A DNA stretch of 64,000 nt, taken from Tubiluchus corallicola. Lineage: Eukaryota > Animalia > Priapulida. Made by a program: the position numbers and the translations under genes. Below the pieces are notes generated by a model that was given only the letters and a program-made list of their open reading frames with translations, was not told where the DNA came from and did no database searches. Positions 1-14,050 of the stretch are shown here, one piece after another. Location of the stretch: positions 44,437 through 108,436 of the forward strand of contig JAQGDQ010000714.1 in the NCBI GenBank assembly GCA_030141605.1, written 5' to 3'. Within the stretch, counting starts at the first letter, position 1. Every line of letters starts with the position of its first letter.

Positions 1-408
1 TCCTTCCCTGCCCTAGTCCATGATTATAATTACTTAATATTTAAAAAACTTTTGATGTTTAACTAATTGGAGAAAATGAATGTTCTATGTCTATGTCTAT
101 GTCTATGTCTATGTTTATGTTTATGTTTATGTCTATGACCATGTCTATGCCTATGTCTCAGTTTATGTCTATGTTTATGTCTATGACCATGTCTATGTCT
201 ATGTTTATGTCTATGTCTCAGTTTATGTCTATGTTTATGTCTATGACCATGTCTATGTCTATGTCTATGTCTATGTCTATGTCTATGTCTATGTCTATGT
301 CTATGTCTATGTCTATGTCTATGACCATGTCTATGTTTATGTCTATTCCTATGACCATGTCTATGTTTATGTCTATTCCTATGACCATGTCTATGTCTAT
401 GTCTATGT
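1..408 (+). mobile_element. LINE 3' end (family A) with greatly expanded (CTATGT)n tail
   Basis: 1-85 matches the reverse complement of about 31995-32076; 84-408 is (CTATGT)n with variants. Confidence 0.8.
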
Positions 409-781
409 AATACACTCGCAGGAACAAACACGAAATTGAAAACTTCAGCAAATAATTGCAGAATCCGTACAAGTTTTTAATGAGTTGCTAAACGCATTGT
501 GAAGGGGAGAGATTCCATTGCATTTACACAAGCAGTGAGATGGAAAATACAAATTCTGAACGTGCTCGGCAAGATTTGATAGGACAGCATTATATAAGAT
601 GCTCTATTATTAACAGAATGAACTTAAAGTATATTAAAGTCGAGTTAATCGAAAAAAAAGGAAATGCAAAAATGATGGGACCGAACTGTGATTTGAACCC
701 GAGACATTTGGAATTTACATCATAACTCCAATGCCATGACCATTAAACGCACTTACACGTGATTATTCAAACGAGGGACTT

Positions 782-1129
782 TGTTACGGAGGCACCTGTG
801 TCGGGTCAGGTGTAGGGTCCTCTACACGCCCTGCGTCAGCAGCGACTCACCCCTTTCTTGTAGGTCCAGACGTCTTGTTTGGGCCTACACGTGGTATGAG
901 AAGCCAGCTGACCTGGAATGCCAGTATAAAAGCGCGTAAAGGTCACTACAGCCTGGATTTCTGACACAGGTGTTTGTCGGGTGTAGTGCTGTTACTGAGT
1001 TAGTTAGTTAGTTATGTTTTTGTGCACGTGTATTTCGGTTCCCTATTTTTATTAGTGCTGTTAATAAACTCCGTACAGTGTAGTTTTTGTGTATTTTGTT
1101 TTATGAGAGTTGGATGACACGCTATAACA
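782..1129 (+). mobile_element. Probable solo LTR
   Basis: TGTTA...TAACA termini, TATAAAA at about 926, AATAAA at about 1063; no matching TSD seen. Confidence 0.5.
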
Positions 1130-1505
1130 GGTATATGGTACTAGTTTACATACATTAACTTAGTTAATTAGCATAACATTTGTAATTAAAATTAACATTT
1201 GTAGTTAAGTAATCAGTTACACAACGATAGTAAAATGGATCTTCATGATGCGCAATATCAAGACCGCCATGCCATCTTGGAGTTCGACCCCCTGAGTCGA
1301 ATTCAGTCCAATATTATGCAATATGCACAGATAAACGTACCGGTAATGACTGGGATCACTTCTAGCTACAGTTTATTAGAAGCTGGGAAGAGTCAGTAAT
1401 TTCTGGGAAACTTACAGTCATTGCAATAGAACAAAAAGAAACCTGTTAATCAGCCAGGAAAAGAAACCAAGATTTTCAGAAGCCAAACAGTTTGACAGCA
1501 ATATT

Positions 1506-2000
1506 GTTGTTGGCATCCTTCTGTCTCGAAGGACAATGGAATGTGCGCCAAGAGAGTCCGATCCTTGAACGTCTCCAGGGCTCACGGCTGGGCAAGGTGT
1601 ATGGAGATCCTGAGTTGTCCAGACAATAGGAACCCCCTCTCTTCCTCCCCGGTGTAGTCCAAAGGAAAGCGGAGCGATACGTTTGGCACCAGGTTGGCTG
1701 CAGAAGCTGCCGGAGTCAGTGAGCATGCTGCACTGGTCCGCCTTCGGGGCTCCACTCCTGATTTGGAAGGTTTACTCCTCTACACATGGCCGTTGGGTCA
1801 CTTGACCTCCTCCGCCCTCTAGCCGTTGGCTGCTTGTGCAGCTCCTCCGCCTAGTGTCGAGATACAGTGTGGGCATCCTGCAAGCTTACAGCACCTGGTA
1901 TTCCTAGGTGGTCACCCATCCAAGTACTAGCCAGGCCGTAGGTTGCTTAACTTCGGTGATCAGACGAGAACCGGTGTTTTCAACGTGATTTGGCCATAGT
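1506..2000 (-). mobile_element. Full-length 5S rRNA-derived SINE (SINE3 type) with RTE-derived 3' end
   Basis: 5S head (about 1882-2001), about 375 bp body, (CAA)n tail; 11-bp TSD ACAGCAATATT at 1495-1505 and 2001-2011. Confidence 0.9.
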
Positions 2001-2001
2001 A
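1882..2001 (-). rRNA. 5S rRNA-like sequence (SINE head, not a terminated 5S gene)
   Basis: Reverse complement ...CTATGGCCAAATCACGTTGAAAACACCGGTTCTCGTCTGATCACCGAAGTTAAGCAAC...TGGATGGGTGACCACCTAGGAATACCAGGTGCTGTAAGCTT; no T-run terminator follows. Confidence 0.85.
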
Positions 2002-2284
2002 CAGCAATATTATATCACCTAAAATCTAGAATATCAATTAAGCCCTGCATGCTAAAAGTCTCACCTTTATGCTATATAGAGAATCAAGTGCCATGATGTC
2101 ACGTCAACACTTTCCCGTAATTAAGTAAATTGCTCCATTTGGAAACCAGACAATTTACACGCAATCATATATAACTTATCTCAGCTGAGGCAACATTCAT
2201 CGTTACATCAATGGCGTGATAATTGGTATTACTGTCAACTTCACTACACAGGTAACTAAGGCTGCAGATTTTACTTTGAAGTTT

Positions 2285-2542
2285 CATCTCAAACAGTTAC
2301 TCAACTCACATGACTCATTTCAAACAGTTACTCACATGAGTCATCTCATACAGTTACTCACATGAGTTATTTCAAAAAGTTACTCACGAGTCATCTCAAA
2401 GATTACTCACATGAGTCATCTCAAACAGTTACTCACATGAGTCATCTCAAACAGCTACTTACATGAGTCATTTCAAACAGTTACTCACATGAGTCATCTC
2501 AAACAGCTACTCACACGAGTCAATTCAAACAGTCACACGAGT
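2285..2542. repeat. About 26-bp minisatellite, about 10 copies
   Basis: Unit TCATCTCAAACAGTTACTCACATGAG. Confidence 0.9.
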
Positions 2543-2897
2543 TGTAGCAGTAAGTAAACCTTCATTTTCAGCTTTTTCAACTTCAATACGACACAGATGA
2601 CAGCACGCCCCGCGATGTATAATTGTATATTAACACCAGTCTGATAAAATTACAAATTCACGTGCTCACAATAACATTTGCATGCCAACCACAATATTAA
2701 TCACTTTACATCATGAAGCTCGTGATGACGAAAATGAAAGATTCAGCACCGTATTTCGATAAGCACAGAATGAATGTCATAGCATCAGTCCACGTGTTAA
2801 TAACAGAGAGGCATAAACGCCTCAATTTAAATAGTAAACATGCTATTCAAGATTCTGAAATATATCGTAACTTTGTTAACACCGGCCAAAATTCATA

Positions 2898-3326
2898 TAG
2901 GTTTTACACGTCAAATGTAGACACAGGAAAGTTCAAATGTGACTTAGGTAAGTCAAATGTAGATGCATTACTTTGAATAAATCGGTAATTAAGTTATTTA
3001 AGTGCAAATTAGAAAAAGATAAACCAAAGACAGTGCACCTATTAGTAGACCTATAACGTTGTTATTTTAACTTAGGAGCAATTATTAAATTGAAATTAAA
3101 GAAGATTAAATTTAACATCCTTAAACTTTAACACCTATGCACATTTGAGATACCAACGTCACATTTGACTTGACATGTGTCTACATTTGACTTACCAAAA
3201 GCGCTCAAGATTTCTTGAAAGCCATTGTTAACACATTTGAACTACCAAAGTCTACATTTGAGTTACCAATACACATTTGAATTGCCTAAATCTGCATTTG
3301 AGTTAACATTTGACATGTAAAACCTA
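2898..3326. mobile_element. MITE, TA TSD, TIR TAGGTTTTACACGTCAAATGT
   Basis: TA|TAGGTTTTACACGTCAAATGT...ACATTTGACATGTAAAACCTA|TA; three copies in the window. Confidence 0.88.
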
Positions 3327-3785
3327 TAGAATTCGCCTAGCACAACTTCCAACGCGTCGTCCTCTGAAACTGTCAGAAGCATCAACACAGCTTTTCCACA
3401 CAGTTGAAACCAAAGTCAACGTCACCAACATCCACACACTGCTAACAATGGCGCGGCATGGTCTCTTGTAGCTAAAACCTTTGAAGACTACAAACACAGT
3501 GAGAGGCAACAGAGGCTTCAGTTCTGCAGGCAGACAGTGAATCTGTACACTGAAGCCACACAGCCCGGGTTGCACTGATCTATCCCTTCCCAGGAATTGA
3601 TCCGACAGCATTAAGAATCAAGAAGCGATTCACTCGAGCAGATCTTTGAGTATCAGCCGCTGAACGGAACAACAACCGTCGACCAGGATTGTGCTGTAGT
3701 AATGTAGAAGCGAATCTTGACGATGATAATTGATGTAGACGATTCATGTGGTTGTAGCATGCGTATAAATGCGTGAATGCAATGA

Positions 3786-4448
3786 CTGATAGCTGGGTAC
3801 TCATACAAACGTAAGGCAAGTAGACAAAAATTCAAAGCTTCAACAACTAACCTGAGAAAAACTTTAAAATTCCCAATCATTGAAGCACACAAAGAATATT
3901 TTACTCTGCTTTTTATATTCAAATACGTTAACAACATCAGCAAACCATTCCAGAATAAAATAGTTACCTTTTTTCCAAATCCTATCGTTAATTCCAGAAC
4001 AAGCAATCTAAAACAAATTAGGACAAATACTCACTATGGAACGAACTCTGTAATCAAGCAAGCAATTCTACTTTGGAATTCTCTATCATTACAGGTTAAA
4101 CAAATCAAGTCCCTATCAGCATTTAAAACAAAATTAAAATCACTAATATTAACCAGATATGAAATACCATCACACCAGTACGACAACATACACACTAATT
4201 CAGAATTCATATTTCCACGGCCATATTAGTTAAATCATAATTTTTTTCATTTTTTGTGCATAGTTGTAAATATGTTTGATTTTATTCGTCGTTACTTTCC
4301 ATTACTGCACAGTAGTTTAGATTGCACTGACGCATTTGCCTTTAGCAGTGTAAGTTTTTATTAACTAACACTGATTGATCATCTCTGTAAAGTTTTTATC
4401 AGTGATTATCAATGTATTTTAATGGCAAATAAAGATTATATATATATA
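3786..4448 (+). mobile_element. 5'-truncated LINE (L2/CR1 group): ORF2 C-terminus and 3' UTR
   Basis: ATG-less open frame 3786-4229: ...LLFIFKYVNN...NSRTSNLKQIRTNTHYGTNSVIKQAILLWNSLSLQVKQIKSLSAFKTKLKSLIL...; then hairpin, AATAAA and (TA)n. Confidence 0.8.
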
Positions 4449-5586
4449 AGATGCAAATGGCCTGTGTAGATTACTTAATAATGTCTGTTAATTATTCGTT
4501 ATGTATACATTTCCTTATAGCAATATTCCACTTAAGACAGGTTATAATGTGTATGCTGGTCAATTACTTAGGTACTCGAGGTTATATTCAAGTAATTAGG
4601 CGTTTTTTGGTGAGGGCAGCTAGGTCGAACAGGGGTTACTCTACGACGAGTCTTCTTCAATCTTGTGAAAATCTTGTTTTTTAAAAGTCGCCGTTTCCTT
4701 TTATTTAAGTTCGGTTGCTATTCAGTTAAGCAAGTGGCTGTTGTCTGGACGTGATTCTGGTGATTTTGCCCAGCCTTTTGTCACTTTATGGTCAAGTTGT
4801 AGGAGCCCCCTCTCTTTTTTTGTCATTGTTGTAATTGGTTTATGTTGATGTGTGTTCTGTAGTTATCACGTTAACATCTACAGTTGGGTAATCAGCGTGA
4901 CTGGGTCTCTATGAAGAATTTCTGAAGGTAAATTGCTAAGACATCAGCATAGGTAGAATACAGGTGACTTTATTTATAAATCATTAACAACACGTGCTTA
5001 TTCAATCTCTGACAGCCAACTGACCAGGTAAGTTTTTCCATGAAGCAAGGAAGCCAGCAATTCAATGAAAGGTAAATCTTATGCATACTAGTTCAAGGTT
5101 GAAAGTTTAGACTGTATATAAAGAAATAGACTTATTTTACAGCTGAAATTACTTGTGTGGGATTTTTAATGTTTCAACAAGAGAATGTAACAATATGACA
5201 TAATAAATAAAAAATAATGACATATGGCATAATAATAAAAAATAAAATCAAGAAATTGTGAGCTTCACGACAGTCTCTGCCAGTAGAGCTTGAAGACAGT
5301 GAGTAGGGACCGGAATCTGAATCTTTCACGGGGCCTCACCTGACGACCCTTTTCCTTTGGTGGTAATTTCGCACGCATGTGGACGTTGCAGAGTGTTTGA
5401 TTTACAGTTGCTTGTCTCTTTTCGTTGTTTGTAGGTGGCGCTCATGTCATTCGAGTTTTATTACAAATGGTAGCCTGGGTTGGTTTCAAACTCACTTAAC
5501 TGTTGTATTTGTGCTTAATATGGACACCTCCGAAATAAACTCGCTGAAATGAATTGGCCAGCAAAACTATAAATCACTATTATATA

Positions 5587-6041
5587 CCGTATTTTCCCGT
5601 GTATAAGAGACCCTTTTTTGCTCAGAATTTTCACTTTAAAAATAGGGGGTCTCTTATACATGGGAGTAAGTCTTTTCAATAAGATGCATAAATTGTGACA
5701 CTAATGATTTTAAAGAAATAAGTGCTCTACAACTGTTTTGCGTGTCGCGTTCGACTATGAAGCGGTTGTAAGCAATACAAGCATCGTGACACAGGCATTA
5801 TCTCCTCGTTTTCTCTTTTCCTGTTACAGGTTTGCAGGTACGCACTTTAATATATACCAGTACTCTTTTTCTACAACACATTAACTGGTTTTATTTTGTT
5901 TTCAGTACCGCACTGAGTTGAAAAAAGTTGTACTTTACCCTCTAAAAATGTCCGTCTGAAAAAACTTTTTTCCAGAATTTTTGCCTAAAAATTGAAGGGG
6001 TCTCTTATACACAAGGGTCTCTTATACACGGGAAAATACGG
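5587..6041. mobile_element. pogo-family MITE, TA TSD
   Basis: Perfect TIR CCGTATTTTCCCGTGTATAAGAGACCC at both ends, flanked by TA. Confidence 0.9.
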
Positions 6042-7064
6042 TAGTTCACGTGGATACCTCATTCAGTAAGAAGGCTCTATAAGACAATAACTTCTTGCTT
6101 AATAAATCAGTGAAGGGGACAATGGAATAAGCCAACAAAGCAAGAAAATGCGAAGATGATTCCTGGATTTGAACCAGCGACTTTTAGAATACAAGTTGAA
6201 TACCAACACCACTAGACAGCACAATCTCTTGCTATTAAAGTAAGTCGTAAAAATTTACTTCCTAACAGCTGCCCAACCACTAATCACTTTTTTGGCATAA
6301 AAAACAGAAAATAAGATGTTGTTTGATGAATGTAATGGTAATCAACGAGGTTAAACTAGAAATTGCAGGTGTCCAAATTGCAAGTGTAAGATAAAACCAA
6401 AAAGCTTGGACTCAAGTCAACTCACCTGGAGGTAAAGCAATGAAAACGAAACATGACACTTGTCATTTAAACTTAAACTATCAGCTACAGAAAAAGGTTG
6501 GACTCAAGTCAACTCACCTGAAGGTAAAGCGATGAAAACAAAACATGACACTTATCATTTAAACTTAAACTATCAGCTACAGAAAAAGGTGTCCCTGCAA
6601 GTGTAAATTCATTCTTAAGGTAAAGCCAATTCAATAGGCGTGAAGAAGCCATAGAAATTAGTGATGAAAGTGAAACTATGGCTGCTGAAATGAAAATGAC
6701 AACTGGCTGTCGAAGTGTAGCTATTTACACTGATAAAAAACTTCTGGGTTCACATAATAGGAAGGAAAAATGCAGCGTGGGTGAAAGTGTGGTACGAGTA
6801 CCTCCTAGGACTTTGACTGACATGTAGAAGTAGGCGTGTCAATTCAACAAAAGAGATGAAGCCAATGAGATTAATGTTAATCACAAATGGGAAGCCAGAA
6901 AAGAAAAAGTGGAAATTAATTTAGCAAACTTTGTGAAACAGCAGAGGAAATGGACTAAACCATCTCCCCAGGGAAGCTGCGCAGATGAAAAATTGGTACT
7001 ATCAAAGCAACACTCACAGTAAATTCACAGTATGTCACAGTCGTTAAAATACAATAAGCTTTAA

Positions 7065-7521
7065 CCCTTTCATACCTGTTGTATCCCGTGGGATACGAGA
7101 ATATTTTCTACCTTTAAAATTAATAAAATTTTAAAACTGACAGTTATTCGATCAGTTAATAGTTATTTTGATTTAAGCCAATAACAATGGACTAAAAATG
7201 GTGATAAAATGGCAAACTAGAAAATCTACATAGCATAAAAAACTGCTCAAGGTACAGTAGTTTAGAGGTGACTTTGTACAGATCAGCATAGCATGCATAA
7301 TAAATGTCTTAAATACTTTAAAAAATTATCAGCAGTTGCAAAATGAAGCACATTTTATGCTTCCATTGAATCCCAATGTATCCCGTGGGATACAGGCTAT
7401 ATTTAGCACGCGGGCACAGGTAGAAAAAATTATTATTATGTGTAAACAAGATGGACATACTGAACAAAAGTACCAAGCCAAAAAATTTTTTCTTATTAAA
7501 AAAAATTTGGGACTGAAAGGG
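7065..7521. mobile_element. piggyBac-like MITE, TTAA TSD
   Basis: TTAA|CCCTTTCA...TGAAAGGG|TTAA; internal palindrome GTATCCCGTGGGATAC. Confidence 0.88.
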
Positions 7522-7616
7522 TTAATAGTATCGAAACGGCATTTCAGTACGTTGATAAACTTAATAGGAAAATTAAAACATTTAGTGTTCAACTGAATAT
7601 AATAAAATATCTAGAT

Positions 7617-8007
7617 TAAGGGTGAGCATCGAACGCTCGAATTCGATTCGAACGAATTTTTTTAGTTCGAACTCGATTCGAATCCAGAACTATAGATTCG
7701 AATAATTCAGCACTTCAATCACACATGTTCCTTATCACTAAAACGATTGAAACATCATGCAATTAGCATAATTTAGCTGTAATTTCTGCACACAATTTTA
7801 AACTGGTCGTTTTATTGCAGAACAAAGTCTAGTGATACGCATGATCTTTGTAAGACCAGTTTTTACTGGTGGTTCGAAAACTTGTTCGAAAATCTTTCAA
7901 TCTCAATTCGAATTCGAAACACTGAAGTTCGGTTCGATTCGAATTCGAAAGTCACAAATTCGGTTCGATTCGCGAATTCGCTTTCTGGTAGAGAATGCTC
8001 ACCCCTA
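7617..8007. mobile_element. hAT-type MITE rich in TTCGAA, 8-bp TSD ATCTAGAT
   Basis: TAAGGGTGAGCAT...ATGCTCACCCCTA; TSD at 7609-7616 and 8008-8015. Confidence 0.9.
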
Positions 8008-8929
8008 ATCTAGATTACTTTTACCTCTGTCCTCCTTGGCTCAGCTAAGTACACCCATAGATGGACGATAAACTAAATGCTTAAGGACGACAAATGTCCC
8101 TTTCCGCTGAAACATGACACATGCCTAATCAGTTTTAAGAACATTTACAGCCAAAATCATACATGCTACTTCTATTACTCTGACGCAATTTTTGCCCTTC
8201 TCAGTTGCAATGAAATGTAAAAATAATTATGTTGAATTTTAACTGCTATTGAAAAAAATAAAGTTGAATTGAAATTGACAGACGATGAAGATCACGAGAG
8301 AAAAGTTTTGCCTTTGTATTTAATGTCCATACAACTTCTGTTCCCAAAAATCAAACCAAAGCCGACATGCAGAAATACCCAGATCTTTTATGCGAAATAA
8401 AATCACGTGGATAGAGTAATAAAAGATTAATTAGTCCAAAATCACGTGGTTTTGTATGTAAGAATTTTTTTGTGTGCCGGTAAAGCGTCTTTCCTTTCTG
8501 CTAAGATCTTGATAATAATGTCTACTTCAGGTGGATTATGAGACTTTTCGAATTTTTTTCTTAAGGATTTTCTCGGGATGCTGCCAACTGGCGTTATTAT
8601 GCTCCTCATTAGCTGCTGCTGCAACTTGTCTTTCATCCCAGGGGATTTGTAAGCTCTCAGAGTGATCATTGATGATAAGCGACGTGACGTTTTTCCATAT
8701 TCTTTGCAGGCTTATTCTAAATCTTGTCTGTCACGTGCGGTAGATTTTCTCCAGGAAATTTGAGTCGAAATAAATTTACGAATTGCGACGTGGAGTAAAG
8801 TAGCTAAGATGGCGTACACGCTGTAAAGCATGACAGCTTCATTGAACACTTGTCCTATTGTCACTGACGCAAAAGTTTAAATGTTGCTGATTAAATGACT
8901 GTTTTACGGGGTCATCGTATCTGAGATTA

Positions 8930-9702
8930 TTGATATGGCACGTGGAAATGTATCTCAGTTTTACTTGATATGGCACATGTATATATAACTTTGGAAATGT
9001 GTCTATCTTTTATTTGATGGCACATGTACACATAACTTTGGAAATGTGTCTATCTTTTATTTGATATTTCACATGTATATGTAACTTTGGAAATGTGTCT
9101 ACCTTTTATTTGATATGGCACATGTACACATAACTTTGGAAAAGTATCTATCTTTTATTTGATATGGCACATGTATACATAACTTTGGAAATGTATCTAC
9201 CTTTTATTTGATAAGGCACATGTATACATAATTTTGGAAAAGTGTCTATCTTTTATTTGATATGGCACATGTACACATAACTTTGGAAATGGGTCTATCT
9301 TTTATTTGATATTTCACATGTATACATAACTTTGGAAATGTGTCTATCTTTTATTTGATATTTCACATGTATACATAACTTTGGAAATGTATCTACCTTT
9401 TATTTGATATGGCACATGTATACATAACTTTGGAAATGTATCTACGTTTTATTTGATGTGGCACATGTATACATAACTTTGGAAAAGTGTCTATCTTTCA
9501 TTTGATATGGCACATGTACACATAACTTTGGAAATGTGTCTATCTTTTATTTGATATGGCACATGTATACATAACTTTGGAAATGTATGTAGCTTTTATT
9601 TGATATGGAACATGTATACATAACTTTGGAAATGTATCTACCTTTTATTTGATATGGAACATGTATACAAAACTTTGGAAATGTATCTACATTTTGTTTG
9701 AT
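8930..9702. repeat. 49-bp minisatellite, about 15 copies
   Basis: Unit TATTTGATATGGCACATGTATACATAACTTTGGAAATGTGTCTATCTTT. Confidence 0.95.
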
Positions 9703-10249
9703 CTTTAAAGAAAATAACAAGTCGCTTCTTTACCACGTTGGGTTTATTTTACTGCTACCACTTAAATTTTGAAAAATACAACAAAAAAAAATTGTAAAAA
9801 ACTGTCTATAAAGCATAAAGTGAATTTGCTCCAAAGTTAACTGATACAATAATGAATGAATTTAATGCAAAAAACTATGTATACTACAACTGTACAGTGA
9901 TTGCCGCAATTTACTTAAAATTTGTGACGTAACTGGTGGACTTCGTGACTTTATGTAAGCGCATCGCAGCTTTCAGTAAGCGTGCACTGCTTAAACTAAT
10001 TCGAACTTCTAAAGCTTACCCAATATCAGTTCAAAAATATCACAAAATCGGCTATCTAATTTTTTTTGTAAAAACTTATACTTTTGACAGAAATTGACAA
10101 CGTGCTGCCTTCAGACGATAAATGACGACACTGGTGGAAGAATGGCCGTTCGAAAATTGAAGCGTGAAATAATCGCGCCTTGAAAAATGAATTTAAAGGT
10201 GATTTTACTAATTACAAGAGGAGCTTATCATACTTTCGTTATTAAATAC

Positions 10250-10967
10250 CAGTGCCGGATTTAGGTTTAATCTAAATAAGTTACATTTTAGAGCCTCACA
10301 ATCTCAATGAGACCTCAAGAAGATTCCAGATTGGGTTTTATACTCATTTCTGTAATTGAGTAATATTTCAGCCATAAAACAATATCACTTTGCTAGTAAA
10401 TAATTAAAGGAAGACCGGACGATTGTTTGGACTCAATCTAATTTTAATTTACTGTCCAAAATATACATTTTCTGGCCTATAAAGGTTAACAATTGTTTCT
10501 TATATTTGAATAATTAGCTTGGAAAGTTAATTAACGGCAACCGAACACAGTTATTGGTTACATCAGAAACTAACCAGAGTTTGTGCAATGGCAGGCATCT
10601 TCCCTTGTGCGTCAAGCTCGTTTGCGCACGTGTTACTGTTTAAACGCATGATGTCACGAAAATGAGCTCTACATCGTATGACGTCAGAAACTAACACTCC
10701 TGTTCGTGATCGTGCTTATCACGGTACCGCCTTCTATTTGTCGACCACGCGAATGTGACAAAAAGCGTCGTTGCCAATCTTAGTAGATTCACTGAGCCGC
10801 GCGTAGTTGTGAAAGTTTAACAAAATTTGAATATCCGAGGCAATTATTATTTAATCTAAACTTTGATTCAAAAAAAACTATTGTAGTTTTCAATATTCTA
10901 GAACATTCTTTATTCTGAACTCGTGTTTACACAATCATCCGGTTTTTCTTTAAAAGGCATATATGTT

Positions 10968-11025
<58 letters not shown>

Positions 11026-11116
11026 GGTTTTCTGGGACCAGCTGGCGTAATTTTAAAAAAGAGGGTTTAAGGGCTTTATATAACTTAGGACCTCACCAAG
11101 TCTAAATCTGGCACTG
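10250..11116. mobile_element. CAGTGCC-TIR element with a nested TTAA-flanked Kolobok-like MITE (10408-10949)
   Basis: Outer TIR CAGTGCCGGATTTAG/CTAAATCTGGCACTG; inner TTAA|AGGAAGACCGGACGATTGT...ACAATCATCCGGTTTTTCT|TTAA. Confidence 0.7.
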
Positions 11117-12260
11117 CTAGATCCTATCCGATCCAAAAAATTTCACGAACACTGAAATAAGCCTAACTCATCAGAAAAGTTTGCTCTTTCCTTTAACACA
11201 CTGTTTCATATGCAAAACAAAGAACTGGTGGGAAATGCGTTTTATGACTGCCGCCTACCTTCACTTACAGTGTGTTTTAGTTCGAGTGAAAACACGGCAA
11301 TTTCACGGAAGAATCATAAAACAGGGAAAATTTCGCTTCGTCAAACACAAAAGTGCATGCAGAACAGAGATAAGCAAGAAAATTGCATTGAGGTCGAGCC
11401 GTGGAGACTCACATCACCATGAAATACACAAAATGAATAAGAAAACATGGCAAGGTAGATTTGAACCTGTCACCTCTATAGCGACAAGGAAAAAATCGGT
11501 GCATTGGGTTACTAAATTCCCACTATTTGCACGACTGTAAATCGACTGTTTTTTTCTTTGGGCTGCTTACCTCTGGAATGCTTTATCAGCAAACTGTTTC
11601 CCTGCAAACTACACGTGCTTGAAGAGAAAACTAAATTGATACTACCAAATTAGTAGTAGTAGTAGTAGTAGTAAAATCTTTATTTGCCATTTTAATTGAC
11701 TTACTACCAGATATCATTTCATCTGAATCTGTATCCATACGTTTCTATTGTGACAATTACATTGGCTAGGCAACAGCGAGTTTGGTTACTAAATGGAATG
11801 GTGACCGGCATGAAAACTGCTTAGTTGGTTTCAGCTGCCGGGTATTGAGTACGCGGAAAATAACATGAGACAGTATTTAGAAGGTATGCAAACCCCAACT
11901 CATCTGTTGTTTGAATGTAGATTCATAAATAGCGTTAAAGGAGAAAACTGTGTAAGTGTTTTACAGCAGGAGGTTATTAATTATATGTTAATTAGTCATC
12001 ATAATTTGATTTTAATTAATTTTGCTAATATTTCGTTAGATAATTTTATTTTGTCACAACCTAACGGGATTATATGTTGTAGATAACTGATGTCAATGGC
12101 AGTTAAGCAGGTAATGATAATACAATGTTATCATAGCTATTTTGTAAATTGTTTAAAATGATATGTAAATACTGTTAACTGTTATAGCCCTGCAAATAGA
12201 GGGCAGAAATATATATATATGTACACCTGTATATGCTCATATGCTCAAAATAAAGAGTTC

Positions 12261-12609
<349 letters not shown>

Positions 12610-14050
12610 GTCATACTGTGTAGTTACCTCGTTGAGATTGGACGTATACTCTGTAGCAAATACACTTCTTACGCTTTGGTATGTCAACTTAGAGTATTAT
12701 CCTCGATAATAAGATGAATTCTGGTCCTACCACAACTACGTAGCGCTGACTGTCAACTCGCAGAATGCGAAACCGTATCAAAATCCATCAAGTGTCCAGA
12801 ACAGAGAAGACAATACAGCTAAAGGAGGCTGGCTTGTATGACATTGTACTGATAGGTGAAAATTATAGGATCTCAGTACACAGCACCAACGGTTTGCCAG
12901 AACTGTATGACACTGAGTGAATAATACTGATTATGTAGACACTGCGTTTTGTCAATGACAGCTGAAACGTCGTTTGTAAGAGAAGATAACGTAAGCTTCT
13001 AACGTTTTTCGAAATGCATAAGAGCAGCAGACACAAGTCGCGACAATAGAGGAGCAATTTCTTCCCGTCTCTGATGTCAATTTGTTGCAGCGGTTCCATG
13101 ATAACGATGCACCAGCAAAAGATCCGTGTCAGAAACTAAACACCTGGACTTGCTGCTCCTTGCTCCCAGGTAGGATAATACTTGGTGGAACTGTGCAAAG
13201 CAAACTGAACATATCAGAGATGTTACAGCTATGCCATCGGGATCAGGGATGAGAATGATAAATTGCAAACAGGCGGGGTTTTTTGGGGCCGTCTAGGCCC
13301 GCAATGGGGTTGAGGGGCAAAGGCCCCTTGGAGCCAGCAACAAATTTGCTATTTTGCGACCATAGAGAGCCTCTATGGTGTATAGCCTCTAGGTGGACTT
13401 AAAATATCAATTACGTTGTTTCTTGCACAATTTAAAATACCCAACTATCAAGGACACATGATACCTAATTGTCTCAAAAACGTCTAAGTACTGGCCGCTC
13501 CTATGCAAAAGTATATAAAAACTGTCTGCAATTGACTCAAATAACTCCGCACAATTGATTCTCTATTTTTATACGTAGAGATATACACTCCAGCAATGCA
13601 GTGTTTGGCTATTGTGCGCATGCGGTCATGCGCACATGCGTAAGCCCAGGTAGAGAAAGTACTGTCGCTCACACAGTTTGTTGCCAGTTGTCGCGTGCTT
13701 ACTGTGAACTGAACTGCGACGATTTAGTGTATTAGTAAGAAAAAAATGTTTTTTGTTTATGATTTATCAAGTTGATGTATAAACTTTCGTATGCTTGTTT
13801 GCTTAAAATTACAATATCAAAATAAAATTACACATGTTTGTATCATTTTACACGGTATTAAAACAATGGCTAAACATTTTCTGAGGCAGCACCGTCACTA
13901 ATTTTAGCTACGAGCCGTCACTGGTTTTTCATTCATTGAGATGATGATGATGATCATGATGATGATTTAGAACGCAGCTTAGAAAATAATGACATTAGAA
14001 ACATTTACAGAAAGAGAGACACTAATGTAATTGAAATGTATATAGATATT

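Noticed and set aside
63-472. HR/YV/MS/ID-repeat ORFs
   Set aside because: Translations of the (CTATGT)n retroelement tail.
676-752. tRNA-like B-box remnants on the minus strand (also about 6160-6220 and 11450-11510)
   Set aside because: Too degenerate to fold as tRNA; probably decayed tRNA-SINE heads.
7617-8007. TTCGAA clusters as heat-shock elements
   Set aside because: Spacing mostly does not fit nGAAnnTTCn arrays; they are subterminal repeats of a MITE.
8442-8820. 75-aa ORF in unique sequence next to a YY1-like AAGATGGCG
   Set aside because: No recognisable domain or clear splice boundaries.
11540-11645. Apparent 31-nt minus-strand exon (tttgcag...gtaagc)
   Set aside because: The plus strand reads FFLWAAYLWNALSANCFPANY, a LINE ORF2 end; better explained as TE debris.
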